DNA of 64,000 nucleotides, from assembly GCF_004010195.1 (NCBI RefSeq), contig NC_057750.1:20277964-20341963 (forward strand), in the 5' to 3' direction. Origin of the DNA: Chiloscyllium plagiosum. Lineage: Eukaryota. The position numbers were made by a program, and so were the translations under genes. Under the pieces are notes generated by a model. That model worked only from the letters and a program-made list of their open reading frames with translations, was not told where the DNA came from and made no database searches. Below, in pieces: positions 23,170 to 35,609 of the stretch. Position 1 is the stretch's first letter. Each line of letters opens with the position of its first letter.

Positions 23170-25775
23170 TAGAGTCCTACAGGATAGAGACAGACCCTTT
23201 GGCCCAAATTGGCTCATGCTGACCAAAATGTCCATCGACACTAACCCAATGTCCCTGCATTTAGCTGATATCCTTCTAAACCTTTCCGATCCATGTATTT
23301 GTCCAAATGTCTTTTAAATGTTATTAATGCATCTGATTCAGCCACTTCCGCTGGCAGCTCATTCCATGTGCACACCATCCTGTGTATAAAAACGTAGCCT
23401 CTCAGGTTCCCTTTTATTCTTTCCCTTCTACTTTAAACTGATGCCATCTAGTTCTTGATTCCCCAAACCTAAGAAAAAGACTGAGTGCATTCACCCTATC
23501 CATACCTCTCATGATCTTGTACAGTTCTATAAGATTCCTCCTAGTCTCCTACATATTGAAGAAAAAGGTCCCAGCTTGTCCAACCTCCACCTATAACTCA
23601 GACCACTGAGACCAGGCAACATCCTTGTAAATTTCTGCTCCACTCTTACCAGTTTAATAACATCCTTCCTATAACAAGGTGACCAAAACCCAACATAATA
23701 CTCCAAGTGCGGCCTCACCAACATCCTGTACCACTGCAAATAACCTCCCAACTTCTATACTCAATGCCCTGATTGAATGCCAGTTTGCTAAAAGCCTTCT
23801 TCATTGCTCTGTCTGTGACTCCACTTGCACAGAATCGTGCACCTGAACTCCAAGGTGCCTGTTTCATGACACTCCTTAAGGCCCTACTATCCGTCGTGAT
23901 CTCCTACCTTCATTTGACTTCCTGCAATGCAAGATCTCACACTTATTTATATTAAACTCCATTTGACATTTCTCGGCCCACTTCTCCATCTGTTCAAGAT
24001 CAGGTTGCAGTTTCTGATAACCTTCCTCACTATCCGCGATACGTCCTATTTTAGTGTCATCTGCAAAATTACTGATCATGCCTTGTACATTTTCATCCAA
24101 ATCATCGATATAGATAATAGCACTGGGCCCAGTACCGACCCTGGAGGTACTCCGCCAGTCACAGGCTTCCAGTCCGACAAGCATCCTTCCACTATTACCC
24201 TCTGCTTCCTACCATCAAGCCAATTGTGTATCCAATTTTCCAGCACCCCTGGACTCCATGTGATCTAACCTTTCAGAGGAGCCTACCATGTGGAACCTTA
24301 GCACAAGTCTTACTTTAATTTACACAGACTTGGTCTACCGCCCTGCCCTCGTCAACCTTCCTGGTCACTTCATCAAAGAACTCTAACAAATTTGTGAGTC
24401 GTGATCTTCCACACACAAAGCCATGATGACTACTCCTAATCAAACCCTGTCTTTCTAAATGCATGTATATCTTACCTCTCAGAATCTTCTCAAGTAACTT
24501 ACCCACCACTGATGTTAGGCTTACTGGTCTATAGTCCCCAGGCTTTTCTTTACAGTCCTTCTTGAATAAGGGCACAATGTTTGCTATCTTCCAGTCTTCC
24601 GGGACCTCATTCGTGGCGAACAATGACACAAAAATGACAGCCAGGGCCCCCACAATTTATTTTCTCGCCCCTTGAAGTGTTCTTGGATATGTCTAGTCAA
24701 GACAGGGAGATTTACCTACCTTCACAGATTCCAATACATCCAACGCCTCCTCGGTTGTGCTCTGGACTGTCCCCAAGATATCAGCACTGACTTCCCCAAG
24801 TTCTCATGTCTTTCTCCACGGTAAACACAGAGGAGGAATATTCGCTGAGAAACTCGCCCATCTCCTGCAGTTCTATACATAGGCGTTCACTTTGATCCTT
24901 GAGGGGCCTTATTCTCTCTCTCTAGTTCTTTTTCTTTAAATGTACTTAAAGAACTTCTTTGGATTCACCCCAGTCTTTTCAGCCAAGGCTATCGCGTGCC
25001 CCCGTTTCACTCTCCGAATTTCCTTATTCAGTAAACTCCTGGATCACCTTTCCACCTCCAGGGTCTAATTCCATCAAAGTTCACCTTGCCCCAATTTAGA
25101 ATTTGAGGACTAGTTTTGACCTTCTCCATAACTTTTTAAAATTAATACAACTAAGATCACTGGTCCCAAAGTGCTCCCTCACTGTCATCTCCATCACCTG
25201 TCCTGTCCTATTTCCCAAAAGCAGGAAAGACGGCATGAGGAGAAACCTTTTCAGACAGCAAGTGGTTAGGATCTGGAGGGAAACAACAAGAACGTCAGCA
25301 AGGAGTGTTCAATTTGCAAATCCTCGAGATACTGCTTGAGGAAACTTTCCTGAATGCATTGAACAACTTGCACCCCATCTAAGCCCTTAACACTCTGGCA
25401 GTCCCAGTCTATCTCAGGAAAATTAAAATCTCAGACTATGACAACCCTATTGCTCTTGCAACTCTCCCCAATCTCTCTGTATATTTGTTCCTCTAATTCC
25501 CGTTGACTATTTAAGGGCCTATAATACAACCCCAATAAAGTCACCATCCCTTTCTTATTTTTAGCTCCACCTCCAAAGCCTCACTGGATGATCACTCAGT
25601 TGTTTCATCTCTGATTACTGCTGTGATACTTGCTTTAATCAAAAATTCAACTCCCCCTCCCGTCCTTCCACCACCTCAATTCTGCCGAAAGCACCTGTAA
25701 CCTGGCCCGTTAAGCTACTAGTCCTGTCCCTCCCTCAGCCGTGTTTCTGTGATGGCTATAACATCCCATAAGGGC
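23170..25775 (-). mobile_element. CR1 LINE ORF2 (endonuclease to 3' UTR), decayed
   Basis: EDWKIANIVPLFKK, YRPVSLTSVVGK, IYIDDLDENV..FADD and RPHLEYYVGFWSP. Confidence 0.9.
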
Positions 25776-26672
25776 TATAATGTTTAAGCTTGTTAAGTAC
25801 ATTCGAGGGGGTTATCATTGTTATACAGTACAAAATGCAACAATCAATTTGGAGACAGCAAGATCCCCAAAAGGCAATGGAGCAATGATCAGATAACAGG
25901 GCAGTGAAGGCGGCTTATGGCACATTGGCCTTCATCAGTTAGGTCACTGAGTATCAAAGTTGCAAAGTTATGTTGTAGTTGTACAGGATGCTGGTGAGGT
26001 TGCACTTGCTGAGTGTTGTGTCCAGTTTTGGTCACCTTGCTGTTATTAAATTGATGTTATTCAATTGGAAAGAGTGCAGAAGAAACTTACAAGGATATTG
26101 CCAGGACTCAACTGTCTGAGGGTCGGTGTGTACTTGTTGGGCCAAAGGGCTGTAGGGAATCTCATCTAATCTAAAGTCGGTTAGTGGAGACTGGCCATGA
26201 AATGAGACTTGGCTTGTGATCCACACATATGAAAAGTACTTCAAAACAAACAAACCATCAGGCCCAGACATATCTGTGACCCTTTCTGCCAGGACCTCTG
26301 CATTCAGACTTCCAGCTGAAAACCACCCTGTACTCTTAAGTTGTAGGACTCCCTATTCAGTGGGTCTAAGGGTTCACTGCAGTGAAAAGGTTTGACTGTT
26401 ACTACCTGCAATTCAGTCTTTAGCAGCACATTAATGGTTCCTCACCAGAGCAAGGCAGAAAGGCCAGTGATTCAGCCAAACTTTAAAGCTCTTCGTCTGC
26501 AGCTCTTGAATGGAAGCAAAATCACAAATACAATTGTCTCGCTCAGGATATTGTCAATCGGTGCAGCTCAGGGTTAGCAATCAACCTCATTCACCCATTC
26601 TTTCCCTGCAAGCTTGCATATTCCATCCCTCTGCTGGGTGAATGCAGAAGACATTCCCAGCCTCATTTCACG

Positions 26673-27238
26673 CTGCAACTCTACAAAACACTAGTGCGGC
26701 CACACTTGGAATATTGTGCACAGTTCTGGTCGCCATATTTCGGGAAGGATGTGGAAGCATTGGTAAAGGAGCAGAGGAGATTTACGAGGACGTTGCCTGG
26801 TCTGGAGGGAAGGTCTTATGAGGAAAGGCTAAGAGACTTGGATCTGTTCTCATTGCAAAGAAGAAGGCTAAGAGGGGATTTGACAGAGACATACAAGCTG
26901 ATCAGAAGATTAGATAGGGTAGACAGTGAAAGTTTTTTTCCTAGGATGATGACCTCAGCTTGTACGAGAGGGCATAACTACAAATTATGGGGTGATAGAT
27001 TTAAGACAGATGTCAGAGGCAGGTTCTTTACGCAGAGAGTGGCAAGGGCGTGGAATGTCCTGCCTGCCAATGTAGTCAACTCAGCCACATTAAGGAGATT
27101 TAAACAATCCTTAGATAAGCACATGGATGATGATGGGATAGTGTAGGGGGACGAGCTGAGAATAGTTCACAGGTCGGTGCAACATCGAGGGCCAAAGGGC
27201 CTGTTCTGCGCTGTATTGTTCTATGTTCTACGTCCTAT
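26673..27238 (+). mobile_element. CR1 LINE 3' end (young subfamily)
   Basis: RPHLEYCAQFWSPYFGKDVEAL and a ttctatgttcta tail. Same subfamily as 4129-5209 and 34446-35184. Confidence 0.9.
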
Positions 27239-27425
27239 AACACCCGACTCTTTGATTCCTGTTGCAATTTACCAATAGCTTACCGAGGTTTCAAAAACAG
27301 TTTTGTAGAAAACATGGCATACACTGACCTCCAAAAGGCATTTGGCAAAGTGCCACAACACAAGTTTGTCAGCAAAGTTAGAGCACTCAAAATAAAAGCT
27401 ACTAGAGCAACATAGATACAATAGT

Positions 27426-27563
27426 CTCTGGATCAGTGGTGCTGGAAGAGCACAGCAATTCAGGCAGCATCCGAGGATTGCTGTGCTCTTCCAGCACCAC
27501 TGATCCAGAATCTGGTTTCCAGCATCTGCAGTCATTGTTTTTACCTCTTTTTACCTTTTTACC
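27426..27563. mobile_element. Palindromic Penelope-like terminal insertion (related to family A; hammerhead core absent)
   Basis: Perfect 13-bp TSD tagatacaatagt (27413-27425 and 27564-27576). Inverted arms tctggatcagtggtgctggaagagcacagcaat / attgctgtgctcttccagcaccactgatccaga. Confidence 0.7.
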
Positions 27564-28073
27564 TAGATACAATAGTGCTGAGTGACAAGAAACAGACAGC
27601 AGTAGTGAATGCTTGCATTTTAGACTGGAGGGAGGGATGCCTTGGAGATTAATGTGGAAAGGACCCATGCCTTTCCTGATATAGTTTAATGATCTAGACC
27701 TGGTGTGCAGGGGAACATTTCTGAACAACACAAAACTTATAAGTCTTGTGAACTATAAGCAGGATAGTTCAGAACTTGAAAAGGACATCAACCAGTTAAT
27801 AGAATGCGAGGACAGGTGGCAAGGGAAATTTCATGGAGAGAACGTGAAGCGAGATACAATCCTATAAAAGAGGGATAATATCAAACAAAGGGTATAACTC
27901 TAAACAGGATTACGAGCTGGGCACCTGTGGTGATTTGTGCACGAAAGTGACAGGGGAAGATAAGAAGGAAATTACGATAAATTTGTGTAAACATTGGTTC
28001 TGCCTCAACTGGGAGATCAACCATAATTCAAGGAGGTGGTGAAAGGTTTATTTGGAGGTATGGGAGTGGAGGT

Positions 28074-28150
28074 ATGCCCGAAACGTCGATTCTCCTGTTC
28101 CTTGGATGCTGCCTGACCTGCTGCGCTTTTCTGGCAACACATTTTCAGCA
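28074..28150 (+). mobile_element. Family A Penelope-like terminus truncated within the hammerhead stem II loop
   Basis: atgcccgaaacgtcgattctcctg...gctgcctgacctgctgcgcttttctggcaacacattttcagc. Confidence 0.7.
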
Positions 28151-28598
28151 GTGGAAAACGATGGTCAAAACATTTCCAGGGAGGAAGGATTTCAATTATC
28201 TTAACACGAGAGAGCTGGGCATGTTCGCTTGGGCAAGAGATCCGATATTAGTTTTCATAATAATGAGGTGCATAGACAAAGTGCATGGGAGAAATTGTTC
28301 CAGGTACTGGGACATAGGTCATATCACAGCCAGGAGGAAAGTGCAGAGAGATTGAACAAGTAATGAATGGACAACTGGCATAGTTTCTGCATTCTCGAGT
28401 AGCAACTGCTTTGTACTGAGAGAGCTCAAAGAGAGTCAAAATTCCAAAGTACCTGAACAGCAGCTCCATTCTGATTTCACCACCTTGCACAACCTGTGTC
28501 AGTAAAACTGGTCAGTGATAAAACAATTGGCCCAATGCTCTGCCGGTAGATTTCTTGAACAGTATTACACCATGTGAAACATGCGAGACAGCACTCAC

Positions 28599-28683
28599 CT
28601 CGGACCTGTGACAGTTCCAGCCGGTTCCTTGCTACTAGATCCTGGCTGGCTCAATGACAACGTTAAAGGTTTTCCTGCCCCAC
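28599..28683 (-). CDS. KANSL3: KANSL3 exon, 85 nt (GGAGKPLTLSLSQPGSSSKEPAGTVTGP-R)
   Basis: Resembles human AAGGKPITMTLGQASAGAKE. Acceptor tttttcctcgctaacag, donor GAG|gtgagt. Phase 1/2 is exactly what the neighbouring exons require. Confidence 0.9.
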
Positions 28684-28806
28684 CTGTTAGCGAGGAAAAA
28701 TAAATCAAATGTCTCGATCAGCTTGAAAGTGCTGAGTCAAGACTCTTCATGGTCAGAGAGCATTGCGGCTTCACTTTGGCTAAATCCCATTCTCTGGTAT
28801 GCAAAC

Positions 28807-29527
28807 GCAACTGATCCCAGAGCTAGCGTGGAATCATCCCTTGCCCCATTTCCTTCCTGTTGCAGGATTTTCCTCCAAGACCACTCCCTTCAGCTTCTGA
28901 AGCCCCAGTTCAGTGACACAACCTCTACCCCACCCTACCAGCATCGCCCTGGACCCAATTCTCTCCATCATCCCTTGTTGGAATATCAGAGCAGCATCTA
29001 ACCTTCAAAGATCCTGGGAATACAATCTGGGCCCTGGTCCTCAGAAAACATTAGAGCTTTACAAAGGAAAAGAGAAGGTGGACCCACAAAGTAAAATGCT
29101 ACAGATCATGGAAAAGAACCAGCAAGACCAATTCCTGAGGATGCTCAGCGCTACCGTGAAGCATCTGTATGAAGACTGAGAGACTTAATGGCCAAATCTT
29201 GAGAACAGGAACACTATCAGACTGCACCTCTTTCTCTCTTTGTTGCCCTACGCTTATTCCCCGAAATTTCTAGGCCATGCTGAATCCTTGTCATATAGGA
29301 CAGTCAGGAAAAAGTAAGGCATACCCTTCTGTTATAGCAATTACTGCTCTGATATTCCAAAAGGGATGGAGGAGACTCAGATCCAGGGTGGTGCTGTGGG
29401 GAGGGGAGGAAGTTGGGTCACTCAGCCGAGGCTTCAGATTCTGAAGGGAGTGGTCTTGGAGGAAGATCCTGCAACAGAAAGGAAATGGGACAAGGGCTGA
29501 TTCCACGCTAGCTCTGGGACTAGTTGC
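28807..29527. repeat. Long inverted repeat: arms 28807-28994 and 29344-29527, spacer about 350 bp
   Basis: The arms align by eye (e.g. cccagagctagcgtggaatca and tcctccaagaccactcccttcag are identical), with scattered substitutions and small indels. Confidence 0.9.
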
Positions 29528-29589
29528 TTTTCCTGTTCCTTGAGGCACTGAATCACAGAATGGAGCCCAACAGCAAGCTATCCACTTAC

Positions 29590-29778
29590 CTTCCTTGGCA
29601 CCTGTGAAAGGCATGGTGGTAGCTGATGGCTCTCCTTGCGAAAGTATGGTCACTTTAATTTTGGCTCTTTTTGCTGGCTTGGAGACCACTTGAGTTGGGC
29701 TCGATGGCTGCCGTCTTTTCAGTTGGCTCTTTACGTCCTCCGGCTCTGCCAGCTCTTGCTGCTCCGAGGACAGTGGAA
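29590..29778 (-). CDS. KANSL3: KANSL3 exon, 189 nt (VPLSSEQQELAEPEDVKSQLKRRQPSSP...KRAKIKVTILSQGE...GAKE)
   Basis: Matches human VPISSE...QLKRHHPSSP...KRPKIKVSLISQGD. Acceptor tttcag, donor AAG|gtaagt, phase 1/1. Confidence 0.92.
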
Positions 29779-31797
29779 CTGAAATTCAGCAAAGTGCAAT
29801 GTAACCGGTAGAGCAGTGCAGGAAAGGAGCAAGAAAAGTTGCAGTCACTTTAAACTCTAGTCTCATTTCACAAGTCAATGCCAGGCAGCTTCCACCAGGC
29901 AGCAGTGGGACAAATGCTTTAGGCTGACACAATATGCAGCACTGGGCAAGTGCCTCATTCTCAGGAAAAGAGATGATTAAATCAAGGCCCCTAATGTTCT
30001 CCTGGGTGGATGTTTAAAAATCCCATTTTAGTGAACTGAAAACAAACAAGGAGTTCTCCTTTTTGCCAAGGCTTGATAAGCTCAATGTTGAGAGGTTCTG
30101 TGCCCTGGCTGGAAAAAAGTCAAAGTAGCAGTCACAGGGTAGCAAGTTAAGGGGGTCGACTATTTTAATAAGAAGCAATAATTTCCTCACTCAGGAAGTT
30201 TCAAAACTTTGGAATTCTCGAACCGAGGCAGCTATAGGTGCTCTGGGGTTGATCATATTCAAGGCTCTGAATCAAGAATTGGAAAACGTTTGAAACAGGC
30301 ACCATGGGCCAAATAACCTCTTTCTATTCTATAAACTGTATAACTCTAACTTCCAGCTTCCAACATGAGCAGCTGAACAAAAGGCCAGAGATAGGTAACA
30401 GAGGGTGGGCTCTGAACTCTTGGAATATGGGAACTGGTTTCGGTGAGATGGAACTCATACAGTTAGAATCACCTCAGCAAAGCCAGTCCAATATCACTCT
30501 GTAAAGAGCTGCTCATGCTTTCGGGGAGGTGATGGGAAACTAAAAGTGAATTCACAAGGGAGAGAAGTCAGAAAACCCAGAAGCAAGCTTGGAAGGTCCA
30601 GTGCAACTGTGGAAGTCACCAACATACGCAGTGACCGGAGCAGACAATGTCAGTACATTTAAGGGAAACTGGACAACATCTGAGGGAGAAAGGAATACAT
30701 GGTTAAAATGACAAATTGGAAGGTGACAAGATGGAGGAAGCTTGAGTCCTTGCATCTGAAACTTACCTTAAAGATCATAAACAAGTTGCACTTTGAAAAT
30801 GCTCTAAGAGCTTGGCTGTGTTAAAAAAACACCCGTTACTCTGAGTGGGGAATCTTCGCATTCTCTAACCAAGAGAACTCTGGACAGCCAGTCTCAAGAC
30901 AGAAATGCACAGAGCTTTGGTGGATGAAGAAACGGAGGGATTCATAGATCAGGAGGGAAAATGGAATAACGTGTCCAAGTTCAGCCATAATTGTACTGAG
31001 TGGAGGAGCAGTTTCAAGGAGCTGTACTCTTGCTCCAATTTCTCAAGTTGCTACATTAAAGTTAAGATCTGTCCTTCTGTACCGACAAGATTCTTTCTGT
31101 TCTAGATTAACTTTAAACTTGAGATAAATAAATTTTTCTTAAGCAAAGATATTAAGGGATACTGGCCAAAGGCAGGTACATGGAATTAGGCCACAGATCA
31201 ATCATTATCTCATTGAATGGCAGATCAGGATCGAGAGGCTAAAAGATATACACCTGATCCTACCGGTGTCCATGGAATAAAATGGTCAGCTTCAATCACT
31301 GATATGTACCCAAGTAGATGACCCCAGCTTTAAAGCACAGAGTCTCCATAAGGAAGAGAAACTATTGAGGACTGCAGGCATTCACAGATTCACATGGTCA
31401 AACAGTCCAACATTCAGTGCCTACCAGTCACACCCTCAGTTTCTTCCATACTGTGCGTCCATGCATTTAAGCATGTGGATCTTCAGGTTATTCGAAACAG
31501 CTGCAAATGTGTACAGACTCATATTGACCTGCACAGGAACTTCCAGATTCTTCGAGGTCACCTTACATGTTTCTGAACTTGAGAGTTCATGTTCCTAATC
31601 TACTCAATTTCTGTCATTGCTGGAATCAGGTTAGTCAACTTCTGTTGCACCACGTTGAAGTGCATAATTCCTGGTGGCTGGCGGCAGCATTTCACACAAC
31701 ATTCCACTTGCAGTCACATGATGGCTCAACTCAGTGGAGCGAGGCTTCCTTACCTGTACACTCCAAGCAGCTTGTAATGAAGGCCCACGTACTATTT

Positions 31798-32021
31798 CAT
31801 AGAATCCCGACAGTGTAGAAGCAGCGCATTTAGCCCATCAAGTACACCCCAACCCTCTGAAGAAAATGCCATCCAGTGTCATCACGTCGCCGTCCGATCC
31901 CTACAACCCCGCATTTCCCATGGCCAATCCACCCAACCTGCACATGTTTGAACTGAGGAAGGAAACAGAAGCACCCAGAGGAAACCTATGCAGACACAGG
32001 AAAAATGTGCAAACTCCACAT
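31798..32021 (-). mobile_element. V-domain SINE fragment (3' part and V core), abutted by a CR1 3' end
   Basis: gcacccagaggaaacctatgcagacacaggaaaaatgtgcaaactccaca is the reverse complement of the V-SINE core. Confidence 0.7.
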
Positions 32022-32024
32022 GTG

Positions 32025-32632
32025 GAGTCATGAATCAGATGTACAGCATGGAAACAGACCCTTCAGCCCAACCTGTCCATGCCGACCAAATATCCTAAAT
32101 TAATCTAGTCCCATTTGCCAGCACTTGGTCCATATCCCTCTAAACCATTCCTATTCATGTACCCAGCCAGATGCCAGTTAAATGTTGCAATTGTACCAGT
32201 CTCTACCACTTCCACTGGTAGCTCATTCCATACACGCACCACCCTGTGTGTAAAAGTTGCCCCTTAGGTCCCTTTTAAATCTTTCCCCTCTCACCCTAAA
32301 CCTCTGCCCTCCAGTTCTGGACTCACCCACCCCAGGGAAAAGACCTTATCTGTTTACCCTAACCACGCCCCTCTTGATTTTATAAACCTCTGCAAAATTA
32401 CCCCTCAGCCTCCAATGCTCCATGGAAAACTGCCCTATTCAGCATCTCCAGAAAGCTCAAACCCTCCAACCCTGGGAACATTCTTGCAAGGGTTCAGAAA
32501 AGATTTCCAAGTTTCACAACATCCTTCCTACAGGAGTGAGACCAAAATTGCATGCAACATTCCAAAAGTGGCCTAACCAATGTCCTGTACAGCCATAACA
32601 TGACCTCCCAAATCCTATTCTCAATGCTCTGA
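32025..32632 (-). mobile_element. CR1 LINE 3' end
   Basis: WEVMLWLYRTLVRPLLECCMQFWS, followed by a CR1 3' UTR like that at 17100-17450. Confidence 0.85.
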
Positions 32633-33364
32633 TTATAAAAAAGGAAAGGGTGCTGTGAGGAAGCAGTGTTAATCAGTGAGCCACCCTGATTCACCCATCT
32701 CATTCACTTTCCAAATTGCTTGCTGCACCAACATTTCAAGCTTGTGTTTTTGTACAAGAGACTAAATCCCTCAGAGAAACAATATTTGTATTTCCCCAAC
32801 AATTAGAACAATATTCAGACTTTCTGTTCTTCCAACCAAATCAAGTTACCTTATTTGAGTTTCTTGTACAAAGACGACATGATATAAATTTAACGTTTTG
32901 GTCAAAACATGCAAAGGGATATGAAGAAAAATATTATACTCCACTGGTGTTAACAATCTAGAACCTGCTGCCTGTGAGGACAGTGTAAGTGGAAAATCAA
33001 TTATGTCAAAAGAAAAGTGGATTAGCACTTGACATAAACAAACTTACAAGATAAGGGGGAAGACAATGGAAGAAAGGAGCTGTCCAGAGAAACCCAACTG
33101 GCCTCCTTGTGTGCCTTCATGAAATTGTCCCCACATTATAATACATGTGCAACCTTGCCAATTCACTGCTCCAAATTTATACGCTCAATAAATTCGCAAG
33201 ATTTACAATGCATTCCATACATCAACAGATATTGTTCTCGATATCATCAGACTCAGTATACAAGAATGCAATCTGTTTCCTGCTTGGCTACAAATTCCAC
33301 AATAATGAACATCTAAATCGCCAACATTTTGACTGTGCGTAATATGCTGATCATAAGTCTGTAA

Positions 33365-33770
33365 GTTAGGTTGCTAAACTTAAGGTTCGTTTTCAGATGT
33401 TTCGTCACCATATTAGGTAAATCATCATAAGGTGGTTGATGTCATTTCTGGTTTTTTTAAGGGAAGGTAGACAGGATCAAAGTCCGTGTGTTTATTGAAG
33501 GAGTTCTAGTTAGAATGTCCTGCTTCTAAGAATTCTCATGCGTGTCTTTGTTTTGCCTGTCCTAGGATGTGTGCATTGTCCCAGTCGAAATGGTGTCCTT
33601 CTTTGTCTGTATGTATGGAAACTAGTGATAGTGGGTTTGTCTTTCGATGGCCAGTTGGTGTTCATGTATCCTGGTGGCAAGTTTCCTAATAGTTTATCCG
33701 ATGTAGTGTTTTTTTTTGTACAGTTCTTGCATTGTATCTTGTAAATGACATTAGTTTTGCTTGACAACAA
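33365..33770 (-). mobile_element. Penelope-like element fragment with GIY-YIG endonuclease remnant
   Basis: KTNVIYKIQCKNC...(Y)IG and, frameshifted, TRIHEH and HFDWDN..ILGQAKQ. A decayed terminal hammerhead region lies at about 33395-33430. Confidence 0.75.
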
Positions 33771-33935
33771 TGCCTCACAGTTCCTTTGTCCAGATCATTA
33801 ATATATAATCCTAATTCGCTGAATATCCTGGAGCAGCAGCCTTATCTCCATTTGTTGGACATTCGCTTAACTCCTGTTATTTTTTCCATTTTGATTTCTT
33901 TTAAACTGACAACCATGGCATGCATACACGCATTC

Positions 33936-33953
33936 ACACACACACACACACAC
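33936..33953. repeat. (CA)n microsatellite
   Basis: cacacacacacacacac. Confidence 0.9.
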
Positions 33954-34445
33954 GTTAAAACAGCTTTTGACACCAAGACATGTTCATAAATATTTGGGCA
34001 GATGAAGGCTTTCTCAAAAAGGCATGATGCAAGAAATATCCTTTAAGATAGGAAAGGAAGGCATATTTGTGCAGAAAGGGAAAAAATTACACAGCTTCAG
34101 CCATCAAAAAGCAAAAATTAAACTCAGAGTTGCACAAGAAGTTGGAATGAGTGGAGTACAAATAGTACAGTTTTAGGGCAGCAGATGACAAAAATTAGAG
34201 TGTCAAAGCCACAGAGGAACTGAAAATAATAATGAAGTTTTAAAACCGAAGCGCTGCTTAACTGATAGTCAATGCAGATCGTCAGCTAGCAAAAAGGTGA
34301 AAGATGACTGGGATTCAATGCAAAGTGGGATACCAGCACGTCATTTTTGGATGTTTTCACGTCAGAGTTGGGATGCTGGGCAGTTAACAAGGAATTGGGA
34401 GTAAACAAGCCAAGAGAAGACACGGATGTCAGTTTTAGCAGCAGA

Positions 34446-35184
34446 TGGGAAGAATAACAGGAAGGCAGAGTATTGGGTCAATGGAAAAATTCTTGGTCGT
34501 GTGAATGTGCAGAGGGATCTTGAAGTCCATGTACATAGATCCCTGAAAGTTGCCACTAAGGTTGATAGTGCTGTTAAGGAGGCATATGACACATTACATT
34601 TCATTGGTAGAGGGATTGAGTTCCACAGCTGCAATGTCATGCTGCAACTATGCAAAACACTAGTACGGCCACACTTGGAATATTGTGCACAGTTCTGGTC
34701 GCCATATTTCGGGAAGGACGTGGAAGCATTGGAAAAGGTGCAGAGGAGATTTACCAGGATGTTATCTGGTCTGGAGGGAAGGTCTTATGAAGAAAGGCTG
34801 AGAGACTTGGGTCTGTTCTCATTGGAAAGAAGGCGGCTAAGAGGGGATTTGATACAGACATACAAGCTGATCAGAGGATTAGATAGAGTAGACAATGAAA
34901 GTCTTTTTCCTTGGATGATGACATCAGCTTGTACGAGGGGGCATAATGACAAATTGAGGGGTAATAGATTTAAGACAGATGCCAGAGGCAGGTTCTTTAC
35001 GCAGAGAGTGGTAAGAGAGTACCAGCCAATGTATTTAACTTGGCCACGTTAGGGAGATTTAAACAATCCTTGGATAAGCACATGGACGATGATGGGATAG
35101 TGTAGGGGAATGAGCTTAGAATGATTCACAGTTCGGCGCAACATCGAGGGCCAAAGGGCCTGTTCTGTGCTGTATCGTTCTATG
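34446..35184 (+). mobile_element. CR1 LINE 3' end (young subfamily)
   Basis: 208-aa ORF with QRDL..V and RPHLEYCAQFWSPYFGKD, followed by the 3' UTR and ttctatg tail. Confidence 0.9.
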
Positions 35185-35418
35185 CTTAAAAACGTGTTGC
35201 TCGAAAAGCGCAGCAGGTCAGGCAGCATCAAAGAAACAGGAGAATTTATGTTTCGGGCATAAGCCCTTCTTCAGGAAACTGAAGAAGCCTTCCTGAAGAA
35301 GGGCTTATGCCCGAAATGTCGATTTTCCTGTTCCTTTGATGCTGCCTGACCTACTGCGCTTTTCCAGCAACACATTTTTAAGCTCTGATCTCCAGCATCT
35401 GCAGTCCTCACTTTCTCC
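35185..35418. mobile_element. Head-to-head inverted pair of family A Penelope-like termini, each with a hammerhead core, inserted in a CR1 tail
   Basis: Inverted arms around 35275-35291. Cores at about 35247-35274 (-) and 35293-35320 (+), both with CpG-type decay in GAAACGTC. Imperfect TSD ctgtatYgttctRtg (35170-35184 and 35419-35433). Confidence 0.75.
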
Positions 35419-35609
35419 CTGTATTGTTCTGTGTTCTATTAAACGCACAGGTAGAGGTAGAACTGGGATATGTTCCCTGAATCGAATCTTGGTGACCTTA
35501 CACTGCTGTCTCATCATTTGTGACAATGCTTGAGAACACTCTCAATCAATCTCAGATGGGTGCTTGGGAGAACATTACAGACGATGGCTGGGGGGAGGAG
35601 TTTACACAG

